In this document: positions 1 through 11,850 of the stretch, piece by piece
How the letters are laid out: every line of letters begins with the position of its first letter
How positions within the stretch are numbered: position 1 is the stretch's first letter
Assembly: GCF_048593235.1 (NCBI RefSeq)
Contig: NC_133619.1
Coordinates: 454,301,644-454,365,643 of the forward strand
Source of the DNA: Sminthopsis crassicaudata
Lineage: Eukaryota
Length of the DNA stretch: 64,000 bases
Reading direction: 5' to 3'
Notes under the pieces: generated by a model
The model's database searches: none
Told to the model about the DNA's origin: nothing
Seen by the model: the letters and a program-made list of their open reading frames with translations, nothing else
Translations under genes and position numbers: made by a program

Positions 1-964
1 ACAATAACTGCTAATGTTTTTTTCCCTCCCTTCTATCTTATCTTTTTCTTTTTCTAAATTATTTAAGACCAGATTAAGGGCACATTCATTCAAACATAGT
101 TGTCTTATTCAGTACTAGTTATCATAAAAAGAAGATAATGACCACAGTTCAATATAACAATTTATTATCTGTCCTTTAACTATAATAATATGTAGTATTC
201 ATGTGGCACTTTATGATTTGCAAAATGCTTTACATGTTACATAATTTAATTTTTTAATGAACAACAAATGAGAAAACATAGGAGAAAAATTAGAGAGAAA
301 CAGATTTCTAGAATCAGTACACTGACTGTATGTATACATTGAAGAGGACAGTGGATGTAAACACAAAATAAAAATAACAAAGCTTTTGTCTCCAGCTTTA
401 GCTATCCTAGTGTTCTTTCTTTAGTTGCTAATTAATTTGCAAAGTGCCTGCTATGCTCTACAGAATTTAATTCCAGTAGGTTTAAGAATAGAGTCAGTCC
501 CTTCAGGGATGAAACAGGGTTATGAATAGCTAGACCAAACTGCTTATATTATCAACACATTCTTTAGAAACAATAAATAAAATTCAGACAAATGTGTTCT
601 TTGAGTATAGGAACTAATTTGAGCACTAGCTTAATTTTGGAGTACTTGATCGAATTTGGTGACTTAGGAGGGAGGAGAAACCCATGAGGATACCTACTGA
701 ATTTATCCATTATCATACATTACAAAAAATATCCATTACTCAATATTTGGTGTCCATAACTTTTTTTCTCAATCAAAGGTTAATTGAGAAAATAATGGTA
801 GCTTAAGCACAAACTTCCTTCATTAAAGAACCTAGTAATGGTGCCTTTTGCTTTTCATTGTCTATTGAACCCCAGCATCTAACTGGAAACAGAGAAGAAA
901 CTTAATTCATAAGGCATGTAGAAGCATCGAAAAGCTGTCCACTCATGGATCAGATCAAGTGACT

Positions 965-1330
965 GCATTTCAACTCAGTTCAATAAGTATTTAAGTGCCT
1001 ACTGTGTGCAAGTCATTGGATGGATGCTGGGAATACAAAGATAAAAGCAAAGAGTTTTTGCTCTCAAGGAGTTCATATTCCACTAGTTAATATGATATGA
1101 TAGATATTTAAATAAAGGGTAATCTGAGAAGGTAGAAAACCTGAGTCTGAACTCAGAAGGAAACTAAAGTTTTTAAGAAATCTAAGTTAGGAAGGCATGA
1201 ATGCAGGTATGAGAAATTACCTGTGCAAAGGCTGATGGGTGAGAAATGATGAATTAATGGAACTAATGAATAGACTTATGTAGTAGGGAAATAGAGGATA
1301 TGAAAAGGAGGGATGTGAATTAATTTTGAA
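965..1330 (-). mobile_element. L2 LINE 3' fragment
   Basis: Reverse complement of the L2 3' end (tcaataagtatttaagtgcctactgtgtgcaag...gctgggaatacaaag...ctctcaaggagttcatattc) followed by purine-rich L2 body. Confidence 0.6.
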
Positions 1331-2829
1331 TATCCCTTTATATGTGTGCACTGGATCAGCTGCTAAGTAGAGTACTACTGATAAGATAGCATACTAGAGC
1401 TATTAACTTTCCATTCCTGTTATTTTCCACACAGTAATTTTCTGATCAATAGAAGATTTTTATTACCGTGATAACTTTTAACATGAAACTGAATTTTAAA
1501 TATCAAAAATTTATACAAATAAAAAAGGACAAGGGATAGTTCTGGTGTGAAAATAAGGGTTAACAAATGGACTCCTTGAATATTATAATAGAACAGATTA
1601 AGGGTAAGAAATGTACTCCTTGAATATTATGCAGAGAAAGGTCCCTAGTACTTTCTGCAGTTGATTTATATAAGATTCATAGAAAACACACAGGTTGAAA
1701 AATTTAGAGATTGGCTTAAATAAAGGAACACGCACACCAGTAAGGTAAAAGCTTCATTTAAGTACCATAGAAGTCTGAATTATAACCAACTCACATATCT
1801 ATGCATACCAGAAAATGAAAGAGATGAAAGTCTGAATAAGAAATTACCATTGCCTATTACCAACCCCTGCAGCTGAAATCTACTCTTCTGACAAGTAGAT
1901 TGTAGAGAATAAAGGTGTTGTGAAAAGAAATATTTTCTTTATTATTTTTCTAGTGCACTCTACCTATTTAGTAGGCAAAGGTAATTCCTGCTTGGGAGGA
2001 TGATTAGATTTTGTAAAAAATTTTACTCTAGAGTTTCTTAGAGAGATAACTCTATTGTAAATGTAAAATAATTATAATAAATTACAATTTATTTAAATTG
2101 TATAGATTATAAATTACATATGTTATATATCATAAGTAGTACATGTAGATATAATTTATTAAATTATGACCATTCTGAAGTGTCTCCAGAAATAATACCT
2201 AAAGTGACATGGTTCTTTTGGGTTACAGTAAGAAATAAAGCAAAATGTACATTTAAAAAATTGCATTTCCAAAGAGGAAAGATCATTCACCTCAATTCAG
2301 AGAAAAGTGAACTCAGCCATAAAAAAGGTCATAGAGTAAGGGCATAAATTCACAGCTGCTAGGTTTGGGGTGGGGAATCCTAATGAAATTTCTCTTAGGT
2401 CTGGGGCAGCCTTCTGCTTAACTCCTTGTATAGTGGTAGGAATCTACTTTTTTTTTTAGTGTACCTAGTTTGGTTTCTCTCTTGATTCAGACACTGCCAT
2501 TAGCTGTTTCAGTGACTCTGCTAGTGTGCCTATTGGAAGTCGTAAATCTTTCAGTTGTTTGAAGTTCACATTGTCATTCTCTGATCTAGATGAGGGAAAA
2601 GAAATAGCCATTTCTCTCCACCCTTCACTAGCCACTCCCTATCCCCAAGTGATTCCTTTATTCTTTAGGCTGCCCAGATTCTGAACTAGCTTATTTTTCA
2701 GTAAAGATAGAGAGTATGATTAGCCAATCCCAATACACTTCCCTTGTAGCATCATTCAGTATCTTTCCAAATTGGTTGAAGATTTTTGCTTTTAATTTAA
2801 TGAATTTGACTGACTAGTAAAGGCGTTCT

Positions 2830-3128
2830 CATATGATTCAAGTATTTACTTTTAAGTGGAGTGCAGAAAAGATTTAATTAAATAATCCTCACCATTACAA
2901 TGATCTGGGATTGGGAGAGACATTCTGATAAGTAGGGAAGGGCTAGGGTCAAGATGTCTAAGATAGAAGGTCTTTTTCCTTATCTGGATCATCATGATTA
3001 GGAGGGAGGGGTTTTTTTGCAGGATTAAACAGAACAATTAGGAACTGAGGCAGAACAATTCAGGGAAACCAAGGCAGGACAATTAGGGAAATTTAATCAA
3101 GACAATAAAAGAGAACTGTGGCATAACA
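2830..3128 (-). mobile_element. Solo LTR-like relic
   Basis: Begins TGTTATG on the minus strand at 3128. Contains three imperfect ~22-24 bp repeats (agaacaattaggaactgaggc / agaacaattcagggaaaccaaggc / aggacaattagggaaatt) of the kind seen in marsupial ERV LTRs. Confidence 0.45.
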
Positions 3129-3162
3129 TAAGGAGAAGGGAAGGGAAAAGCATTCATATGGA

Positions 3163-3403
3163 ACCTATTATATATTAGACACTGTGCTAAGTGGTTTTTA
3201 AATTTTTTTCTCATTTTATCCTTATCACACTACTAGGATATATGTGTTGTTATTTTTCCCATTTTATAGTTGGAGAAACTAAAATATAAAGCAATTAAGT
3301 GACTTGCCCAGGATCACACAGCTAGTAAGTATCTGAGACTATCTTGGAAGTCAGGTTTTGCTAATTCCAGACCCAGTGCTTTATCCACTGTACCACTGAC
3401 TGC
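3163..3403 (-). mobile_element. MIR-family (CORE) SINE
   Basis: CORE motif ttaagtgacttgcccaggatcacacagctagtaagtatctgag, followed by the reversed tRNA-like head. Confidence 0.8.
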
Positions 3404-3617
3404 TTATGTGATTCTCTGACAAATGTCAGAAATGATAGAATAAACTATTTGAAGGAATGAAAATAGTCCTTTAAAAAGTACTGTTGCTTTAAAATTGTAG
3501 AAGAAAAATGGGAGGCTCCAATGAAATAGGATTTTAATGGCTTTATCTAAAAAAAATTTTTTTTCTTTATTTTTTTCCCTCTCTCTTCAGGTTAAATTTC
3601 CATTCTTGTTAGTAACC

Positions 3618-3642
3618 AAAAAAAAAAAAAAAAAAAAAAAAA
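3618..3642 (+). repeat. poly(A)25
   Basis: Counted directly. Confidence 0.95.
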
Positions 3643-4599
3643 CCCACAAAACAATGCACATAAAAAAACCTAGATCTGAAATTTGGTAAGTTAATTTATG
3701 AATATTCTCAATTTTTAATATTTTAATTTCCTTTGGCAAAATTCTAATGGATAGAAAATATTTGAATCAGTAGAAAACTTTAATCTGTAGCTGCAATTTT
3801 AAGTTTTAGCTCATTTACTATCGGCTTAGCCATGCACAAATCTTGTAAACATGCTTCTACCACTCAATCTACAAAGTGGGAATGACATCAAAATATAGCA
3901 GTTCTAAGAGTATTGGTGAATTCCATGGAGAGCCAAATATATATGGCAAAGCAAGCTAAACATCAAAGAAGTACCTATAGAACAGTCATCCTAAGAAGAT
4001 CTATTGCAGCAAAATTACATGAAGCATTAAAAAAATGGAAACGAAATATCAGATAGTCCTCAAGACATTTCTAATCTAGTTAGAAGAGAAACACCCAGTC
4101 GTGATTTCACCAACGCTTGTAAAAATTATTCTTGCTTTTCATTCTGATGTTGAAAATTAGACTTAATGAGAATCAAAAAAAAGTAACAGAATTAAATGAA
4201 TTAGCAGCAGCCAGGCAGAACTACACCATAAGCTAAAAAATCATTGTCATGAGTATAATGATGAAGTGAAGAATGGTAATCTGGGGGAGATTCTATTAAA
4301 ATAATCAGAACTCAAGTACAAATTCAGTTGAACATAAAAATACAAGTATCTGGGGAAAACACAAATAGTACGCTTTTTGTTCTTTACTTTTGTCCAAGAG
4401 TATCACATGATGTTTTTGGTCAAATTAAGTAGACATCCTAGACAACAATAATGTTATTGTTTGGTACTATCAAGTATCCTGCAGACACATCACTGAGCAT
4501 TCATCAATACACTTTTGTATTGTTGAATTGCATACACTCCCATTGTTTCAAATGGCACATACACAATAAGGATTCTTCCTTACAGCAAAGAGGGAGAAA

Positions 4600-4990
4600 A
4601 GGGATAGAGTGACTATTCTTGACATTCATCCATCTCAACATCAAGCATCTGTCACTTGGTTTGAGTACTTACTTCCTCCAAAGATCACAGCTTTTCCACA
4701 GCCATATCCAGATGGAGAGGGGTTAATGAGTTGCTGGGGCCAAAAATATAACAATAACAATGGCAATGATGATGAAATATCACCTAGTAGCCAAATCTGT
4801 CTCTGATGATGAACTTCCTTGAACTTAACAAGGCTCATCCTCAGATGGCAGACATTCAGCCCATCTCTGGACCTGTTTCCAAGGCCTTTCCAGCTTGGTA
4901 GAACCTGCCAAAGTTTTCACTGACTTGCTCGTCTACAATATCTCAAGGTGACCACTACATCCCAGTAAAAATTCAGAACTGTACTTTGGT
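4600..4990 (-). mobile_element. Very diverged CR1-clade LINE 3' fragment (tentative)
   Basis: Patchy minus-strand similarity to the CR1/L3 3' region (accaagctggaaaggccttggaaac, gccatctgaggatg, cagagacagatttggct). All frames contain stops. Confidence 0.35.
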
Positions 4991-5084
4991 CAGAGTGACA
5001 ACGAATTAAGTTATCTCAAAATGTGAGGTGCCATTTTTATTGTTATATTGACATTTAAAAAAAAAGAATTAGTAGTATGTTTTT

Positions 5085-5335
5085 AGATGTACAGAATCAT
5101 TGACTCAGATTTGGAAGATGCTATAGGGGTCATTTGGTTTATTTGTTTATTTAATAAAGGATCATCCTTTACAACATCCTTGATATGTCATCAGACATAT
5201 GCTTGAATACTTCCAACATCAGAAAACTCAGTATTTCTCAAAGTTGTTCATCCCATTTTGGGGGCACTTGTGTTTTTAGAAAATTTTCCCTTATATTGAA
5301 TACACATACCTTTACTATTATTTTTCCCTCTGTAG
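5085..5335 (-). mobile_element. L3/CR1 3' end
   Basis: cctttacaacatccttgatatgtcatcagacatatgcttgaatacttcc...tttagaaaattttcccttatattgaa resembles the reversed L3 3' end. Confidence 0.65.
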
Positions 5336-5344
5336 CTATTTGAA

Positions 5345-5915
5345 ATGCAACTAAGTATGCATTTATTAACTGGGTTAGGAATTATGCTAGATTCTAGAAA
5401 TACTAAGGCAATAAATAAATAGCCCTTGTCCTTAAGAAGCTTCTTTTCTAAGGAGAAAATAACAAAGAGAATTAAGAGGAAAATGTATACAAAGTGATTT
5501 CTGGTGAAAGTACTCTAGCAATTGGAAGGGACAATTAGGAAAGGCTTCTAGTAAAATGGGAGCTGAGCTTTGAAAATAAAATTAGAAATTCTAAGAGGAA
5601 AACAAAAGCAGATGATGCATTCCAAACATGGGAGATAGCCTTGCAAAGATCATTAGGTATAGGCTTCAGCAAGCAGATCATATACAATGTGGGAAGGAGA
5701 ACATGTGCAACCATCCTGGAAAGGTACAATGGTCTGACAGTAATGGACTTTAAAACCCAAAACAGGCAACTTTTCATTTTATCCTAAGGAAAAGTAAAAA
5801 GCAATGGACTTTCTGGAACAGAGGAGTGATCCTGTCAGACCTGTGCCTTAGAAATATCAATTTAGTAGCTATGTGAAGAATAGATTGGTCCCTTTCTTAT
5901 AGTAGCTATTCAAAT
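5345..5915 (-). mobile_element. L2 LINE fragment
   Basis: gcatttattaac...gcccttgtccttaagaagc...ggaaggcttc...gagctgagctttgaa...agaggagtgatcctgtcagacctgtgccttagaaa. Confidence 0.7.
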
Positions 5916-6647
5916 AATCCAGAATTCCTGTCACATTTTAATACATTAAAATTCCATTTTAATGCCTTATTGTGTCATGAAAATGACTTTGTTTCTCAAG
6001 TCAGTAGAGGAAAAAAGTTCACATATTTTAATCTAATTTTAATCTAACAATGGATCCAGTGGAAATGCATATTTTTTTTCTAAGGGCCAGCATAGCAAAG
6101 GGTCTGAGAATCTTACTTCAAGAGATTTTATCACCAGGTGATGGGTTTTTATTGCTGTTATTTGTTTCTTTTGCCATAGCAATCTTCAGAATACAAAAAA
6201 TAGTTCCTAGGTCTATGCCATCCTTCAAGCATTTTTCTATCTGTATTCATTGGTAGATAATAAGTGTATAATAAACATTTTTTATGCAATCATTCATATC
6301 ACTGATTGGTAAGACCTAAAGTCAAAATAAGTGCTAAGTTTGACCAAAAAAAAAAGATGATAATAAAGAATATGAAATTATATTAGTTTTGACCGGAGCT
6401 GTTTAAACAAGTTGTCACCTCTGGAAAATGGGAAATGAGCAAAGATAACGACATTGACTCTGAATAGCACCGTTTCTCAGAAAAGTTTAATTGATGCAAA
6501 ATAGTTGCCACAACAAGGAGGCTGAAAGAGCCCAGAAACTGACTCAGCCAGCAAATACAATTTCCTTGCCAAGTGGAGAGACATAGCAGCCAAGGTAAAC
6601 ACAGATTTAGAACAAAAATCCATTTGAAAAACATCACAGAGGAGGAT

Positions 6648-6878
6648 AATAATAATAGTATCTCACATTTACATTGCACTTTGAGGTTTCCAAAATGTTT
6701 TCCTCATAACAACCCTGTGAGGTAGTCCAAGATATCATCACTTTTATCTTTTAGGCAAGAAAACAGGTTCCAAGAGGGTTATTTACTCATGACCACAGTT
6801 AGTGAATACTTGAAATAAGACTCAAACTCAGGCCTCCTGACCACAAGTGTAATGTTGTTTCTACTTTGTTGTGCTGCT
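6648..6878 (-). mobile_element. MIR SINE
   Basis: aataataatagtatctcacatttacattgcactttgaggtttccaaaatg...acaaccctgtgaggtag, the reversed MIR tail plus CORE. Confidence 0.8.
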
Positions 6879-7124
6879 GTGTTGAGCTTGAAGTCTACAA
6901 AGCCTCCCAGATCATTTTCAGGGAACCATTGACTAGCCACACACTCCTATCTCTCACTTGAGTGCTATGCTTGATTCCTTCAAGATGTTAAAATAACTTT
7001 TAAAAACATCTAGAGAAAGCCTTCAACACCTTGGGTGGATCTATTATAGAAGATTATAGAAAGACAGGTAAGAATAATACAGTATATGAAAGCTTGGATT
7101 CATTTTGATCTGCACCCACACCCC

Positions 7125-7310
7125 TGGGATCATAGATTTAAAGATGGAAATTCTCAGAGGTCATCTAATCCAAGCTTTTCATTTTACAAATATGGAAATT
7201 GAGATCCATGAAGGGTAAATTACCCACCTAATGTTATGAAATGACAGGCATATGATTTAAAACCAAGCTCTCTAATTCAATAGTCAGTATTCTTTCCATT
7301 CCCTATGCTG
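7125..7310 (-). mobile_element. MIR3-type SINE
   Basis: ggatcatagatttaaagatggaa...gaggtcatctaatccaag...cattttacaaatatggaaattgag. Confidence 0.65.
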
Positions 7311-7609
7311 CCTTTTCCACCTACCACTGTATTTAATTATCATGTGCTCTTTAAGTTTTCTCTTTTCTAGTCTAAAAATTCTTAGTTTTTTTCCTGCAAT
7401 TTTATCATCCTCTTGATTATACTTCTATGTAGAGATTTGATTTTACCAGTATCCGTGTTAAGATTTATGCTAAGAAGGTAGCATTATATTTAAGATGTTA
7501 TTTAACCAGAACATATTTTAATGGGGATATTAATTTTCCTTTGATGCTTCCATTTTTTATTAAAACCACCTGAGATTTTTAAAAAGTTTATTGGTAGCAA
7601 TGGCACAGT

Positions 7610-8650
7610 CAAGTTCAATAATTCAGGTCAACAAATATTAAAGTGATTACCTAATACAAGACTGGGATGCCAGGTCCTAGGTATGCCAAGGTAGAAAATA
7701 TCTTTAAGAGACTTAAAATCTAATGGGAAAATGAGCAAGAGTATATGATAAATACAGAAACAAATATGAAATGAAGTAGAATGTAATAGAGATGAAGGAG
7801 AAAGAGGAAAATTCTATCAAATTCAAGAATAAGCAGATCACTTTTACTTCAGAGTCTCAAGAAAGGCTTCATGAAGGCATCTGAAAAAGCATATGAATTA
7901 TGTCTTGAAAGAAGAAAGATGAGGATGAGAGGAAACAGAAAACAAGAGAATACGAATTTAGATAGTATCTATTATGTGTCACATACCACATTGTCCTTTT
8001 TGCAAATATCCCTTTTGAAGTGACTCCAATAGAAGAAGATAGGGAGATCTATTTCAGCCATGGAAAACAGTTTAAACAAAGACACTGAAATAGAAGTTGT
8101 TACAAGAAAGTGAATTTAAAAGTAACCCAATCTGGGCTGGAACATATATATAAAGGGACTAGTATGAGATAAAATTGGACAAGTAAGTTTGAATGGGAGG
8201 GGCAAGAGTTAAAGTTCTGGTAAGCAATGGGGAAGTCCAGTTGGAAGTATAAGACTAGGGCTCTGATGAGAGATTGAGTGTGAAAAATCTACATAGAGGT
8301 ATGGCAATGGATATGATCACCAATGGAAAAAAACGTAAAGAAAATGATTCAACATAAGCCTAGGGGAGGCTCATGTTTATGGGAGTGAGAAAACAAAGGA
8401 AGAAGCAACAAAGGCATGAAAGAAAGAAGTAGAGGAGGTAGGAAGAGAACCCTGAGAATGCAATGTCATGGAAGTTAAGAAAGATGAATTGGTCCACAAA
8501 GTAAAATGCCAAAGAGAGGTCCAAAAAGATGACAATAGAAAAGGAAAGGTTACTGGATTTAGTAATAAGGAAGCAATTAGATCTTGAATAGAGGTTGTTT
8601 TATAAGAGAAATAGAGGTGCAATTCAACTGCAAAAGGTTGAGAAAGAAAG
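7610..8650 (-). mobile_element. L2 LINE fragment
   Basis: Reversed L2 3' end (tcaacaaatattaaagtg...ctctttaagagacttaaaatctaatggg) and purine-rich body (gaatgcaatgtcatggaag, ggatttagtaataaggaagcaattag). Confidence 0.7.
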
Positions 8651-9554
8651 TTGATACAATTTGCTCACAGTTAACTAAAAATACAAATATTTAAAAATCA
8701 ACTATAGGGTCTCCCCTATTCCGTACTGGTGACTTTAAATAAAAAATCAAGTATAGACAGAACTTCCCATTTATAAATACAAAATTTAATTCTGGTGATA
8801 ATCTGCTTCATTGAGACTTTGTTGGATTCTATCATCCAAAGGATTAACTCTCCTCACTTTCTAACTGTGACTTTACTGCATTTGAGATAAATACAGTGGC
8901 CATTTTAGCAAATGATTAGCTAAGTAAAAGAGCTGAGTGAAGAAAACAATGGAGATCAATTAGAAGAACTCATTAACAAAGGTATATAAGGCAGAGGGTC
9001 CAGGAACTGGCACAAAAGGAAAGGAATCAGGAAAAACTGTCTAATGGATGTAAAGGATAATCTAGGGTCCTTCTTCAAGTGAACAGGAGAGCAGGAAAAT
9101 GTGGGAATAAAAGCAAATGATTAGTGGATCCAACCTCAAGTGGACAGAAGACCAAGGCCAAGTCTAGAGGATGAACAGAAATGGGAAATTAAGATTCCCT
9201 CCTTTAAGGAGAACAGAAAAGCTCTACAGAAGGATAAAAAGGGAAATAGGGGCAGGAGTTCCCATTTGGGGTTTTAAGGCCATAGATATTTTGGTCAGAA
9301 ATTTAATATTATATACAGAGAATCATAAACATCATGAAAGATTTTTGTCAAATAGCTTGCCTGAGATACATCGTGACTACAGCATGTTCCTGATCTACAT
9401 TATTTAAAAAGGAAATGAGGCTTGTTTGGAATAGCTTACTTTTAATGAACTTGTGCTGGCACCTAGTGATCACCATCTTTTCTTCCTAAGTGTGCACAAA
9501 CCATCTGTTTAATGAACCATTCTAGAATTTCTCCAGAAATCAAACTAAGTTTTT

Positions 9555-9745
9555 AAATTCAGAGTTGCACTGGATTCTAGTGGCTATCTAGCCCAACCCC
9601 CTCATTTTATAAATAAGAAAACTAAGGTTAAATAACTTGCCCCAAATCACAAAGGAACAAAGATCCAAACAATGATTTTAATTCCAAATCTAGTACTCTT
9701 TTTTTGTACCACAAGGCTTCCATCAAACTCAGTGATATATAGGTT
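9555..9745 (-). mobile_element. MIR3-type SINE
   Basis: atctagcccaacccctcattttataaataagaaaactaaggttaaataacttgccc. Confidence 0.75.
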
Positions 9746-9859
9746 ATAGAAGCTACTTTTTCTCCTTTTTGGAAAATTAGAAAAACATATTCCTCTCCTT
9801 TATCTCTTGGCATCTCTCCTTTTTCTCCATGATTCCTCAAAGATTGCCAGCACTACTTT

Positions 9860-10082
9860 ATTCTATTAAAGGGATAACAGAAAAGACACAGGCAGCTCCA
9901 GAGAAATCTGTGTCCCAGGAGGTTGCTGTAGCTACGCCAACCAGCCCTGGCTCAGTACATCCAGTACAAGTCATCTCAGCAAGGAGTGACTTTCAACTTT
10001 AGAGCTACACAGCAAAGAGATTCAGATGGTGGAAAATGGAGGAAGATCTCCAGTGGAGTGTCTAAGAATCAAGATGAACAAA
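9860..10082 (+). pseudogene. SNW1: Processed pseudogene fragment of SNW1 (SKIP splicing factor), about residues 140-216
   Basis: Translates, across two frameshifts, to IKGITEKTQAAPEKSVSQEVAVATP / ALAQYIQYKSSQQGVTFNFRATQ / IQMVE...PVECLRIKMNK. Human SNW1 reads IKEITEKTRVALEKSVSQKVAAAMP(VRAADK)LAPAQYIRYTPSQQGVAFNSGAKQRVIRMVEMQKDPMEPPRFKINK. No introns are present. Confidence 0.92.
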
Positions 10083-10254
10083 TGTGATTGCATTTGCAGA
10101 TTCTATCAGTACCCTGGGATGTAATCCATCTGGCCTTAGAGACCTGAACTCATTTGAATCAGGTGGCTGGCTTCCACTTCCATTTAACTCTTTCATTTAA
10201 CTATGTCCATAACCAAGGAAGGTCATTAAGTTTCATGAAGAAGGATTATGGACT

Positions 10255-10470
10255 TGGCCTAGGGATTTCACTGGTATAGGGAATATCCCAGGATTCCTCT
10301 ATTAGATGAGGAACTGAACTTTCTCTACCACTTAGAGTCTTACAGAGTTATCCAGAGCAATGAAAGGTTAAAATACTGGCTAAATGTCATACGGCCAAAA
10401 GAAGGAGTATTTGAACCCAGATCTTTTTTGGCTTATGAGGTCAGCTCTCTATCCCAGCCACTCTCTTTGC
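10255..10470 (-). mobile_element. Mar3/WALLSI4-like marsupial SINE
   Basis: gatttcactggtatagggaatatccc...atttgaacccagatc, the reverse of the ..gttccctataccaatgaaatc tail. Confidence 0.6.
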
Positions 10471-11624
10471 TTCTATTTTGATAAAGAACAAAGTAAAATA
10501 GGATCATAGTGCTGTAGCTCTGATCTGTTTCTTTGTTTTTAAGTAACATTTTATATTTTATTATACCATTTCCTCTCTTCTTTTTTTTTTCTCTTTTTCT
10601 GAATGTACATTCAAAATGCTCCTTTACTGTCCTTTGCTTGTTCACAAAACTCAGTTTATTTTGGGCCTGAACCACTCTGACTCTATTTTCACCAGCATGG
10701 AATACTTTTTTTTTTTTTTCATTTGTCCTTCTTTTCTATTTTTCCTACATATTCTTTTATAATATGAGCTCTTCAGAGAGCTCCCAGCACAGGCTATTTC
10801 CCCACTTAAAATGCCTTTCTTCTTCCTCATCCAGGTCAGTTGTGATTGTATTGTCAGAATTTCATCCTTGAGAGCTTCCTGAGACATTTGCCTTCTTATA
10901 ATCTCCAGCCCTGAAATCGTATCTCTTTCACTTTCTTCAAATCCACTTTTCTTATGCCTCTGGCTGTGATTCTCAATTTTTTTTTCTTTTTTCCCCTCAT
11001 GGTACAGTGGTTATTTTTACTATGAGAAAGTATGGATCCAATGAACATTTAAATTAGACACACAAAAAAAGGGTTTGGTAGAGGACCCTTCACACCTTTT
11101 TGTTAAATTGGCTTCCGGATTTTTCTTCCTCTCCTTCCTCTTCCCCATTTCCTCAGCTTCTTTTTTCTTTCCTTTACAAGAATTTTCAATAGAAAATGCA
11201 GCTTTGGCAGAAAACCATTATGGTGATCTTCCTGACACCAAGTCTGGAAGATATCATCCAGGGTTGGAGGTGGAGTGTATGTGGAAATATTTGGGGTTCA
11301 GGAAAGGGAAACTTAAGGGAGAAGGCAAATGACACTTCAATGTTGACAAATGTTTGCTGACTCTTGCAATTCAGGAGGTCATTTTTTTTTCTTTGAGCTC
11401 TGATGGTTCATATTAATTGCAAGCTTAAAAGGAGTTGAATTTATGGTGGAGGCCAAAGTGGTTGGTTTAGAATTTATAAAGCTTTACATGGATATAAGGA
11501 GAGAAAGTTTTCAGGGAACACCTTTATGCCTTGATGTGCCTTGGATATTCTTTGAAAAATTTAAATATTGTTTTAATTTTTTAAAAAAATAAATATTAAG
11601 GAAAAAGCTCTCAAACATGGTCTT

Positions 11625-11850
11625 ATTTAATTGTTTTTCAGTTGTGTCCTAATTTTTGTGTTCCCTTTTGGGTATTTCTTGGCAAAGATACTGAAATGGC
11701 TTGCCATTTCTTTCTGCAGCTCATTTTACAAACAAGGACACTGAGGCAAACAGAATTGTGATTTACTCAGGGTCAAATAGCTAATGCCTGAGGCCAGATT
11801 TGAATTCAGGAAGAAGAGTCTTCCTTTTCCAACACTCTATCTATCATACC
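11625..11850 (-). mobile_element. Mar1-like SINE (CORE plus RTE-derived tail)
   Basis: tttttcagttgtgtcc...ttcttggcaaagatactgaaatggcttgccatttc...ctgaggcaaacag...gatttgaattcaggaagaagagtcttcc. Confidence 0.8.

Larger units (their letters stand above)
9330..10935 (-). mobile_element. Fragmented L3/CR1 ORF2, interrupted by SINEs and the SNW1 insert
   Basis: Minus-strand translations NEFRSLRPDGLHPRVLIESANAIT and VLAIFEESWRK resemble the CR1 motif KSPGPDGLHPRVLKELADVI..PL.IIFE.SW. QEALKDEILTIQSQ..MRKKKG at ~10760-10900 also fits CR1. Confidence 0.75.

Noticed and set aside
4674-4734. Minus-strand exon-like unit (ccccAG...GAA/GTAAGT) encoding QLINPSPSGYGCGKAVIFGG
   Set aside because: Lies in a probable CR1-type relic; no known protein match; no partner exons found.
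8860-9300. Purine-rich unassigned block checked as a possible endogenous viral element
   Set aside because: The frames I translated contain stops and show no viral protein motif I recognise; most likely decayed retroelement sequence.
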